Assembly: GCA_965227775.1 (NCBI GenBank)
Contig: OZ245777.1
Location: 1-64,000 of the forward strand
Direction of reading: 5' to 3'
Source: Phycisphaerales bacterium
GTDB taxonomy: Bacteria; Planctomycetota; Phycisphaerae; Phycisphaerales; UBA1924
Length of the DNA: 64,000 bases
Position numbers and translations under genes: made by a program. This document shows positions 18,726-27,039 of this stretch, one piece after another. Position 1 is the first letter of the stretch. Every line of letters starts with the position of its first letter. The notes under the pieces are model-generated. The model saw only the letters and a program-made list of their open reading frames with translations. It was not told the DNA's origin and did not search any database.

Positions 18726-18979
18726 GGCCCTGACTCCAGACGGTGGCATTCCACCATCTGGTACAGCCGCAAACGATGCACGATCGTGCGCTGGGTTCTT
18801 GAGGGCACCGACGCCTAGGCCCCTTCATTGGACTGGAAGCCGCTCGTCTCCGCAGTGCAAAGGCTCAGTTAAGGAGGCCGATACTGCCAATCGAGCTCGG
18901 CACAGGGACGACTCCCCATGGCATTCCAAACACATCCCAAAAGAAAACGGGCCAGCCTCGTGGAAGCCAGCCCGAATTC

Positions 18980-19180
18980 ATGTTGCCTCCACGGCGTACG
19001 CAAGTAGGAGCGCCGGGAGGCTGTCTCGACAGACGCTGTCGATTCGTGCGAACGCGAGCCGAGGTTCGCCCCGACGAGCTCGAGACCGTCGACGCCAAGA
19101 CCGAGAATCTCGACATGACCCGCAGCGACACGATCAGGCATGCGCTCGGGGAGCTGGCGAAGACAACGCCCCGAATCTAA
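18980..19180 (+). CDS. Small ribbon-helix-helix (CopG-like) protein, possibly degenerate
   Basis: VRPDELETVDAKTENLDMTRSDTIRHALGEL matches the RHH pattern; the N-terminus is doubtful. Confidence 0.45.
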   Translation: MLPPRRTQVGAPGGCLDRRCRFVRTRAEVRPDELETVDAKTENLDMTRSDTIRHALGELAKTTPRI

Positions 19181-19183
19181 GCC

Positions 19184-19486
19184 TTGCCCTCGATCACTGG
19201 AGCCGAGCTGGATCGACTGCGTGACCTTGTGGCATCGGCCGTGCCGCGCGGCGGGTCGAGCTTCACGTTCCGGCTCAGGCGCGGTCCCCTCGACGGCCTG
19301 GCCATGCACGCCAACACGCCCAGTCTTCACAGCCTGGCGATCGCGTGCATCGCTAAGGACGATGAGGGCGCCACGATGCCGGCTCAGGCCAGCTATCGCG
19401 TCGACAAAGCCGCGGAGCGCGGGCGACCGGGGCTCGCCACGTTCGAAGCGATTCGGTTTCCGAGTCCGGCGCCGCGGGGGGCGTGA
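19184..19486 (+). CDS. Hypothetical protein (GPLDG motif)
   Basis: Starts 3 nt after the RHH gene; GC-rich third positions. Confidence 0.5.
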   Translation: MPSITGAELDRLRDLVASAVPRGGSSFTFRLRRGPLDGLAMHANTPSLHSLAIACIAKDDEGATMPAQASYRVDKAAERGRPGLATFEAIRFPSPAPRGA

Positions 19487-19492
19487 GCGCGC

Positions 19493-19521
19493 AAAAACGA
19501 CGACCCGGAACAGGTCGTCGT
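19493..19521 (-). terminator. Rho-independent terminator
   Basis: 9-bp stem ACGACGACC/GGTCGTCGT with a U-tract on the minus strand, downstream of the Gly-rich gene. Confidence 0.65.
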
Positions 19522-19552
19522 GAAGAAACGAACCGAAGACTGTCCGACGCTC

Positions 19553-20164
19553 TTATCGCTCTACGCCTTCGGCGTCGGTAGTACGTGATCCGCCGCCGCC
19601 GTGGGTGCCATCAACGACGCGAGATCCACCGCCAGTGTGGGTCGAGCGATCAGATCCGCCGGTATGCGTGCTGTCGCTGCCCCCTCCATGCGTGGACATC
19701 CCTTGCCCTCCGCATCCCGTGCTGTCGCCTGTCCCGCCTCCTTGCGTGCTATCGGTGATGCGCGTGCCACTGCTCCCCCCTTGGGTCGACATGCCGTCCC
19801 CATGCCCGATGCCGGTTTTGACTGACCTGCTGTCCCCATGGCTAAAGCCCAAGCCGAGGTCGTTGAAATAGCGCCCGTCCCCATGGCTAAAGCCGTCGGA
19901 GTCTCTCGAAGCGACGCGCGCTCCGGGGCCGCCGCTCGAGCCATCGCCGGGCGCGACTCGATCTGGACCACCGCTTGAGCCGTCGCCCGGCGCGACTCGA
20001 TCTGGCCCGCCGCCCGAGGACTCGGCTGCGATTGCCACTCGACCGTTGCCGGCCTCGCGGCTGCCGTCGACGTCGCGCGAACCTGAACCAGTTTGGGTTC
20101 CGGCAATCGCTACGCCGCTCGTGATCAAGATGGACAGGACTGCTGCTGTGGTTTTGCGAGACAT
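19553..20164 (-). CDS. Secreted Gly/Ser/His-rich repeat protein (203 aa)
   Basis: RBS AAGGAG, ATG 20164; signal peptide MSRKTTAAVLSILITSGVAIA|G; repeats GGPDRVAPGDGSS, G(F/I)xHGD and ST(Q/H)(T)GG. Confidence 0.8.
   Translation of the reverse strand: MSRKTTAAVLSILITSGVAIAGTQTGSGSRDVDGSREAGNGRVAIAAESSGGGPDRVAPGDGSSGGPDRVAPGDGSSGGPGARVASRDSDGFSHGDGRYFNDLGLGFSHGDSRSVKTGIGHGDGMSTQGGSSGTRITDSTQGGGTGDSTGCGGQGMSTHGGGSDSTHTGGSDRSTHTGGGSRVVDGTHGGGGSRTTDAEGVER
19929..20017. repeat. 39-bp tandem repeat (2 copies plus a partial) inside the Gly-rich gene
   Basis: CCGCCGCTCGAGCCATCGCCGGGCGCGACTCGATCTGGA / CCACCGCTTGAGCCGTCGCCCGGCGCGACTCGATCTGGC; differences fall at third codon positions. Confidence 0.85.
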
Positions 20165-20369
20165 GCTCTCGCTCCTTCCAGCTTTTGGTGGCTCTTGAGA
20201 ACCATTCGCAATTGGGATGCGCTTGCTCAACCCATCTTGCCCGATTTCGGCGTTGATCCAAACACATTCCATACTTTGGGGGCCAAAGTCCGCCATCCCA
20301 GCGCGCAGCGATGGATACTGTCCAACAAGAAAATTTTCGTCGTCAGAGGAAATCTCGAAATCGAAACCC

Positions 20370-20585
20370 CTAGACCAAAACCCTTCCGCGCGCGCACGAT
20401 AGGAGTCGCGTCGGTGTAGGAATCAGGCTGGTAGGGATCTCATGCCCCCCTCCCATGGCTCCGTCGGCGGCGTGCGGCTTCGGCGTAAGCACGACAAGGC
20501 AGCCGAAGATGAACGCCGCCAAGAGCAGGATCAGGGCGAATATCAGCCCGACGTCGACCCAGTCGATGTCGCGGCGTCGCTTCAT
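20370..20585 (-). CDS. Small single-TM membrane protein
   Basis: MKRRRDIDWVDVGLIFALILLLAAFIFGCLVVLTP; ATGA overlap with the upstream ORF. Confidence 0.5.
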   Translation of the reverse strand: MKRRRDIDWVDVGLIFALILLLAAFIFGCLVVLTPKPHAADGAMGGGHEIPTSLIPTPTRLLSCARGRVLV

Positions 20586-21078
20586 GGCCTGTGTCCCGCG
20601 AATGTCTGAATCCCGGCGATGATCGTACCAATGAACGCGCCGGTAGCCATGCGACGTCTGTGCAGACCCGTCCAGACTGGCACGGCATCTCGAGGGCAAG
20701 GCGGACTAGCTTGGCCGCACAGCATCACTCCTACGAGATCGACGGCGGTTCCATTGAGCGTACCAATAACCAAGTGGCCGCGACGACAGATGTCACCGCC
20801 AGCTACTCCATGCCAATCGCTGTCGACTCACTTCGCGGAGCCGACGGCATCCCGATCCCTTCGCTAAAACCAAATCGAGCCCTAGCCCGGTGGCTCCACC
20901 GAGCGACCATGGCTTGCCGTCAGTTTGCTCTCTACTCGACGAGCGAGCCGCACTTGTGTTTGACGCGCACCTGGGGCCTACCCGGTCCATCATGGACCCC
21001 GAATCCCCTGCTGAGTGCCTCTGGGAGACGGTTCCAGGTTTCGGGATCCATCGCGGATCCTCTTGAAGCCAACGAGTT

Positions 21079-21384
21079 CTACCCGGTGCGGCCAAACTCG
21101 ATTTCGCCGGGCTGTTCCATGGGCTGGCCCTTCAACCAGAACTGCACTTTAACGCCGGAATCGCCGGGCGCGTCGAGTGCTCCAGCCAATCCTCCAGACA
21201 ACTCCGCCGCAATCCGGCCCAAGTCCTCCATCGCACTCTTCTGTCCAATGCCATCGGTGTAGATGTCATTCACCTGGCGGATTCCTTCGATATTCTTGTA
21301 CGCTTCACCGACGGCCTTGAGCGCGAAGAACGTGTCCTCGAATACGTTCAACATCCGCTCACCACACAGTGCATGCTCACTCAT
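21079..21384 (-). CDS. Hypothetical protein (~101 aa)
   Basis: MSEHALCGERMLNVFEDTFFALKAVGEAYKNIEG...; purine-rich RBS upstream. Confidence 0.55.
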   Translation of the reverse strand: MSEHALCGERMLNVFEDTFFALKAVGEAYKNIEGIRQVNDIYTDGIGQKSAMEDLGRIAAELSGGLAGALDAPGDSGVKVQFWLKGQPMEQPGEIEFGRTG

Positions 21385-21650
21385 TTCTAAGACCCCTTCA
21401 GTGGACTTGTCCATAGCCGACCACTCCGCTCGCAAAGAGGCGGTCGGCTCATGGTCCTTGTGATCAGGTTCCCTCGAGCCTCTCTGGCGTGGCCCCGGAT
21501 CGCAGCCCAGCCAACTCGGCAATTCGAATCCGGATCTGCTCCGGCAACCGTGGCCATGCCTCAACGATGCGAGCCAGGTCCTCTAGCGGTGCGCCGGATT
21601 GCGCGCCGGCTGCGCTCAACTCGTAAGAAAATGCCGAGTTTTCTAGACGA

Positions 21651-21672
21651 GGTTCGAATCCGGGCGGGGCTA
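21651..21672 (+). mobile_element. tRNA 3'-end fragment (T-loop, 3' T-stem, acceptor strand); candidate att site
   Basis: GGTTCGAATCCGGG-CGGGGCT-A. The upstream sequence cannot supply the full 5' T-stem, anticodon arm, D arm or 5' acceptor strand. Confidence 0.65.
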
Positions 21673-21679
21673 TTTGGCA

Positions 21680-23359
21680 TCATCCCAGCTGCGCGAGTGC
21701 AGCTCTCTCGAGGCGATCGCGTTCGGCGGCCGCCAGTCGCCTGAGCAGGCCGAGCGCTTCGTACGTTTCTAGCCGTGATCGCGCATCGATGCTCGAGTAC
21801 GCCGCGTCCGTATCGATGACGCGCTTGCCCATGATCTCTTCGAGTTGCTCACGCGAGAACTCCGGTCGCCTCACGGCGGTCGATGCCGAGCCAGATTGGT
21901 TCAGGTTGCTCGCGAAGATGCCAGCCGCGCTTACGGGAAGAAAGTCCTCGTATCGCAAACCCTCGCGCGATGCGTAGCCCAACCGAACGAGCTCGGTCAC
22001 CTCCGTCGTGTCGATCGTTCCCGCGGCCCTTCCGGCATCGGTCGCCGCGTACTCGGCATACACCAGCCCCTTCTCGAGCAGCCCCTCCAACGAATCCGTG
22101 AAGCTTGCGAACGCGTCCCGCTGCATCGCGAGGTACGCCTCCTCGTCGCGTTCCGCGAGGCCGGGCTCCTTCGCACGCGCTTCCTCGAATGCCGCGAGGC
22201 ACTGGTCATACATGGCGCGACCGGCGGGTGTCGTGGCGTAGAAGCGCTGCTCGATCTCGCCGAATCGGGCCGTGTGGGAGCTCTCGATCTCCGTGCCATC
22301 CGCCTGGACGAACACCACGGGTTCCGCCAGCGCTTTGTACGCGTCCTGCCGAAGCAGCACGGGCGCATCGGCCGCCGGCCCTTCGGTGAGGTCCTTAAAC
22401 CCCGCGTGAGGCAGCCTGGTCAGGTCGAGATCATCCCGGCCGAGTCGATCCGCCAGGGCTCGCACGTGCGCCCGCAACATGCCCGAGTCGACGTCCGCAT
22501 CGCCCGCGGCGGCGATCCGATCCGTGCCGAGGTGCTTGAAGTGCAGCGTAAGCCAGTCGGCTCCGCTCATCAGCAGCATGCCTTCGATCGCCCGTGTCGC
22601 GCGCTTCTCGAACGTGGTCCGATCGCTCTGGCCCATACAGAACTTCATCGCCGCGGTGTACACGTCCATGCACAACGTATTCGGCGTGAGGTGGTTCAGG
22701 TGATGCCGCTCGAAGCAGGCGATGTCGGCCGCATTCTTGAATCCGTCCTCGCACAGGTCCGTATACAGCTGGTGGTCACGGGCACGCCCCGTCCACTTGA
22801 AGATCCGCTGCGTTGCTTCGGCGATGAGCTCGCTGGCATCAGCCCATTCGAGCCCGCCCTCGGCGTCGTGCTTGTCGAGCAGCTCGGTCGCCCGATCCGA
22901 GAACACACGCCGATCTGCCAGCGCTCCCTCGATGCGTCTCTTCGTTGCGTCATCAAAATAGTCGGTCACCAGCAGCGAGGTGAAGACCCGGTGCTCCGGC
23001 TTGTGGGGCGAGCGGAAGGCCGTCGCGATCACCGGCTGGCTCTTGGCCCCGATCGCCGTCATGTCGTAGAAATTGTGCGGCTCCATCCCAAAGCACGCAA
23101 AGAACCGCGCGATCAGCCGGTACTCGTCGGGCCGACCGACGCGGATCGCTCCATGCCGCTCGCCGCTGGTCCGCTCGACCTCCTCGTCACTCACCGCAAA
23201 GCCCGGATGCCGCACCGCGAGCACGTCGCACACCGCCCGGTTGCATGCCTTGTTCACCGCCAGCGCCCTGTCGTACAGCGGCACCTCACGCCCGAACATC
23301 GCCGAAAGCTCGGCAAACAAGCGATTCTGCATCTCGATCGGGTCGGCGTGGACCGGCAT
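21680..23359 (-). CDS. hglS: 2-oxoadipate dioxygenase/decarboxylase HglS/YdcJ (DUF1338) family
   Basis: LSAMFGREVPLY, ERHGAIRVG, HLNHLTP, LLRQ, RFGEIEQR, YEDFLPVSAAGIFASNL. Confidence 0.85.
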   Translation of the reverse strand: MPVHADPIEMQNRLFAELSAMFGREVPLYDRALAVNKACNRAVCDVLAVRHPGFAVSDEEVERTSGERHGAIRVGRPDEYRLIARFFACFGMEPHNFYDMTAIGAKSQPVIATAFRSPHKPEHRVFTSLLVTDYFDDATKRRIEGALADRRVFSDRATELLDKHDAEGGLEWADASELIAEATQRIFKWTGRARDHQLYTDLCEDGFKNAADIACFERHHLNHLTPNTLCMDVYTAAMKFCMGQSDRTTFEKRATRAIEGMLLMSGADWLTLHFKHLGTDRIAAAGDADVDSGMLRAHVRALADRLGRDDLDLTRLPHAGFKDLTEGPAADAPVLLRQDAYKALAEPVVFVQADGTEIESSHTARFGEIEQRFYATTPAGRAMYDQCLAAFEEARAKEPGLAERDEEAYLAMQRDAFASFTDSLEGLLEKGLVYAEYAATDAGRAAGTIDTTEVTELVRLGYASREGLRYEDFLPVSAAGIFASNLNQSGSASTAVRRPEFSREQLEEIMGKRVIDTDAAYSSIDARSRLETYEALGLLRRLAAAERDRLERAALAQLG

Positions 23360-23449
23360 CGCGGCACTCCATGGGACGGAATCTCGGGACGCTCATCGTA
23401 CGCGTGACGGTCTACCGTCCTGTCCCCGATTTCCGAGCGAGAGGGAAGC

Positions 23450-24760
23450 ATGCCCGAGCGTTCCATGCCACAGCACACCCACCGCGGCACCACGGTCTTT
23501 CCCACCATCGCCTTCTTCGCCGTGCTGCTTGTTGCAGGCGGCGTCTTGGTGTACTTCTTCTTGTTGCCGAGTGCGGCGCCGCTGGCCCGAGCCGACTACG
23601 CCCAGCAGACCCGCGAGAGCGCCCTTCGGGCGGCCGGCATCCGCATTGAGGACGCCCAGGCAGCAGAAGAGGCCCTGGCAGAATTCCACCGGATCTACGA
23701 AGCAGAGCTAGCCGACCTGTACTCGCCCGATGGTGTCATCCGAGAGCAGTGGATCGTGCACGCCGAGATTTCCGGGCTCGAGTCCGATCCACAAGCCCGA
23801 GAACGATTCGACGAGGCAGTCCGAGCCACGAAGGCCTCGGGCGTCACCGCAGCCATGGATCGGATTGTCTTGGCAGGAGGGCTCGCTCCGCGGCTCGATC
23901 GCAACGATGCGGGGAGTGCCCAGTTTCGCCGACTCGCATTGGTCGATCGGATCCTGCTGCGGGACGCCATCATTCGCAACAATGCCGTGTCTGCGACCGC
24001 TGTATTCTCCCGCGCGCAAGGGCTCGCCAACGTCTTTGGCAAGACTGGTTACTCGCGAGTGGCCGCGCTCGTGGCTGGTAGTACCCGAGCGGTCCCCGAA
24101 GACATCATCCTGGATGGAGTGGTAACCGGCCACGTCAACGCGCAGATGTCGCGCGCCCTTCTAGACGCGACGATTCCATACGAGTTCGCGAGCATCGACC
24201 AGGTGCTGGAGGGCGAGCGTTCCATGCTCCGCATGGAGATCCTCGAGGAATCCCGAAACACCGGCCTCGACGATCAATCGCTTGCCGAGATCGAGGCAAA
24301 GGCGCTGGAAGCGTGGAACGCCCCGTTAGGTGAGCGACTTGAGGCGTTCCGGGCACTCGGCGAGTGGCAATCCAATGGCTGGAAACACTCAGAGCTACTG
24401 AGTGATCGAGCACCGAGCTACCAGGGCCTCTTGCAGACCGCCACATACGCGGACCACATCCACCCAGGGTTTCACACCGCGCTGGCGATCGAGACTTTCA
24501 GACTCGAGCAAAGAAGACTGCCGGGCTCGCTAGACGACCTCACGCCAGACTATCTGAGCGAGATTCCCGCAGACCCAATGACCGGCGACCCGTGGGTGTA
24601 TCGCCTCGACGAATCAAGCCCCCACGGCTACACGCTGTATGCGGTGGGTCTGGACGCCGAAGACAATGGCGGCCACCAGCCCATGAACGCCGAAGCCGCA
24701 CTCAGCACCGCCAACGGTCAGGGCACCGACTACGTGGTCATCCCTCGTCGCCCACGCTAG
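23450..24760 (+). CDS. Membrane-anchored hypothetical protein with C-terminal GspG-like pilin head motif
   Basis: N-terminal TM; ALAIETFRLEQRRLPGSLDDLTPDYLSEIPADPMTG...YTLYAVGLDAEDNGG. Confidence 0.75.
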   Translation: MPERSMPQHTHRGTTVFPTIAFFAVLLVAGGVLVYFFLLPSAAPLARADYAQQTRESALRAAGIRIEDAQAAEEALAEFHRIYEAELADLYSPDGVIREQWIVHAEISGLESDPQARERFDEAVRATKASGVTAAMDRIVLAGGLAPRLDRNDAGSAQFRRLALVDRILLRDAIIRNNAVSATAVFSRAQGLANVFGKTGYSRVAALVAGSTRAVPEDIILDGVVTGHVNAQMSRALLDATIPYEFASIDQVLEGERSMLRMEILEESRNTGLDDQSLAEIEAKALEAWNAPLGERLEAFRALGEWQSNGWKHSELLSDRAPSYQGLLQTATYADHIHPGFHTALAIETFRLEQRRLPGSLDDLTPDYLSEIPADPMTGDPWVYRLDESSPHGYTLYAVGLDAEDNGGHQPMNAEAALSTANGQGTDYVVIPRRPR

Positions 24761-26100
24761 TCGAGTCGCTTCACGATGTCGGCCGTCAGGACCTCGCACC
24801 CACCGTCGCGCACGATGACGTCGTCCTCGATCCGCACGCCCTGGATTTCCTTGCGCAGCGAGTCGACCACCCCCCACTGCACAGCATCGCCGAACTTCTC
24901 CCGCGTCTCGGCAACGTCGATGAGCCCCGGGATGAAGTAGAGCCCCGGCTCGACCGTAAAGCCGTGACCGCTCTCTAAGGGGATGTCGACACGCACGCCC
25001 ACGCCACCCGGCCCCTTGCGCGGTGCACGCCCGGGCAATCGCCCGCCGGCTCCACGCACGCCCAGGCCGATCATGTGCCCCACACCATGCGGAAAGAACA
25101 GCCCCGCCACGCCGCGCTCGACCAGTTCCGCGGCATCACCCTTGAGCGCCCCAAGGCCGATCAACCCGTCGAGCACAACCTCGCTGCATCGCCGGTGCAC
25201 GTCGTGCCACTCGGTGCCCGGCACGCACATCGCAAGCCCCGCCTCCTCGGAGTCGATGACGATGTTGATGACGTCCCGCTGCGTCTGCGTGGGCTTGCCA
25301 ACGGGCCACGTCCGCGTGACATCACCCGCGTATCGATGGTGGGCCGCACCAGCGTCGATCAGAACGCACTCGCCCTTGGCGATCTCTCGCGAGCCCGGCG
25401 CGAAGTGCAACACCGCCGCATTCGGCCCGCTGCCGACGATGGTGTCGTACGGCGTGCTATCCCCGCCGCTACGGAAGAACTCAGCCTCAATCTCGACCTG
25501 CAGCTGCCGCTCAGTCATGTCCGCGGCCTCGCCGCTTGTCAGCATGCGATGGGCGTACGCGTGGCCCGCGGCCGTCGCGGCGCACGCACGGTGCATGTGC
25601 TCGATCTCGACCTCGTCAAGCACTCTCCGGGCATGCAGGAACGCATCCTCGAGTTCGGCGCTGAGGCCTCGATCCGCTCCGCCTGCATAGCCCGCCACGG
25701 GGCAGCCGATCGCCGCTACGGCGCGGCCACGCCGCTCGGCCAGCCACGGCGCGAGCTCGGCCAGCGGCGCACCTTCCCAGGTCACGTCGCCCTCCCACGT
25801 CCGATGGGCCTGCGTCACTTCAGGCGCAAACGCCGACCAGGGCGACTCCTCGGCAAGATCGATCGCAAGCACCCCACCCGGGCACTGCTGCTCGGTCAAG
25901 TAGAAGTACGCGCTGTGGGCCATGAAGGGGTAGACGCGATCGTGCTGCCCCGGCATGGGCACCATCTCGCCGGCGCCGAGCAAGACGATCGGCAGCGAGG
26001 CAGCCCCACCCGGCATCTGCCGGGCATGCTCGCGCAGCGCTGAGGCGGTGCGTTGTCTGCGATCGAGAAGGTGAGGAGCGGGGTGATCGGCACTGGTCAT
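24757..26100 (-). CDS. pepP: Xaa-Pro aminopeptidase (M24B) family
   Basis: AMP_N-like FMAHSAYFYLT; LIDAG, GDVTRT, HGVGH, TVEPGLYF, GVRIEDD. Confidence 0.9.
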   Translation of the reverse strand: MTSADHPAPHLLDRRQRTASALREHARQMPGGAASLPIVLLGAGEMVPMPGQHDRVYPFMAHSAYFYLTEQQCPGGVLAIDLAEESPWSAFAPEVTQAHRTWEGDVTWEGAPLAELAPWLAERRGRAVAAIGCPVAGYAGGADRGLSAELEDAFLHARRVLDEVEIEHMHRACAATAAGHAYAHRMLTSGEAADMTERQLQVEIEAEFFRSGGDSTPYDTIVGSGPNAAVLHFAPGSREIAKGECVLIDAGAAHHRYAGDVTRTWPVGKPTQTQRDVINIVIDSEEAGLAMCVPGTEWHDVHRRCSEVVLDGLIGLGALKGDAAELVERGVAGLFFPHGVGHMIGLGVRGAGGRLPGRAPRKGPGGVGVRVDIPLESGHGFTVEPGLYFIPGLIDVAETREKFGDAVQWGVVDSLRKEIQGVRIEDDVIVRDGGCEVLTADIVKRLD

Positions 26101-26371
26101 GCGGCCAGTCTATGGACTCGCTCGGACCTGTCGCCGGGTAGCCCCATGCAAGACGTATGGGGTAGGGCAGTCGAGTCGAGCAACCGGCCAGCACTATCAA
26201 AGTCCACGGTCGGATCGCCAGTTTCGAGGTTTCTGCCAAAGTCGCTCAAAATCCGCGTCGGCGTGTCATGAACCAACGCGAAATCTCGCGACCCCGCTTG
26301 GCTGCTTGTTGTCCAGGAAGTGACGACTCGCGCCATGCAGAGCTACAAGCCCGAAGACAAGGAGAAACCCC

Positions 26372-27004
26372 ATGTCCATTCGACTGGGAGATACCGCACC
26401 TGATTTCACCGCAACCTCTACCGAAGGACAGATCCGCTGGCACGAATGGCTCGGCGATGGATGGGGCGTGCTGTTCAGCCACCCGGCGGACTTCACGCCC
26501 GTGTGCACCACCGAACTGGGTGCGGTGGCCAAGCTGAAGCCCGAATTCGAGAAGCGCCACGTCAAGGTTGCCGGCCTCTCGATCGACCCGCTGGAGAGCC
26601 ACCACAAGTGGGCGGGAGACATCGAAGAAACGCAGGGCGCCGCCCTCAACTTCCCGCTCATCGCCGACGACGACCGCAGGGTGTCCGACGCCTACGGCAT
26701 GATCCACCCGGGTGCGGACAACACCATGACCGTGCGCTCGGTCTTTGTCATCGGACCCGACAAGAAGGTCAAGCTCACCCTGACCTACCCCGCCAGCACG
26801 GGTCGCAACTTCGATGAGCTACTGCGCGTCATCGACTCGCTCCACCTCACCGCCGAGCACAAGCTGGCCACGCCCGCCAACTGGCAACAAGGCGAGGACT
26901 GCATCATCGTGCCTGCCGTCAGCAACGAAGAGGCCAAGCAGCTGTTCCCAGGCGGGTTCAACGAGGTGAAGCCATACCTGCGAACAACCAAGCAACCGGC
27001 CTGA
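26372..27004 (+). CDS. 1-Cys peroxiredoxin (Prx6)
   Basis: SHPADFTPVCTTE, YPASTGRNFDE, TPANW. Confidence 0.95.
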   Translation: MSIRLGDTAPDFTATSTEGQIRWHEWLGDGWGVLFSHPADFTPVCTTELGAVAKLKPEFEKRHVKVAGLSIDPLESHHKWAGDIEETQGAALNFPLIADDDRRVSDAYGMIHPGADNTMTVRSVFVIGPDKKVKLTLTYPASTGRNFDELLRVIDSLHLTAEHKLATPANWQQGEDCIIVPAVSNEEAKQLFPGGFNEVKPYLRTTKQPA

Positions 27005-27039
27005 GCCCGGCACCGACAATTCGCCTCATACACCGCCGG

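Larger units (their letters stand above)
1..21672. mobile_element. Putative genomic island integrated at a tRNA gene; right boundary only, left end outside the window
   Basis: Accessory and orphan gene content ends at a tRNA 3'-end fragment (21651-21672), immediately followed by housekeeping genes. No integrase is visible in the window. Confidence 0.55.

Noticed and set aside
19553..20020. CRISPR array or ice-nucleation protein
   Set aside because: The repeats are in-frame coding units without unique spacers and lack the 16-residue AGYGSTxTA periodicity.
21600..21672. Complete tRNA gene
   Set aside because: Only the 3' 22 nt fit; there is no matching 5' acceptor strand, D arm or anticodon arm.
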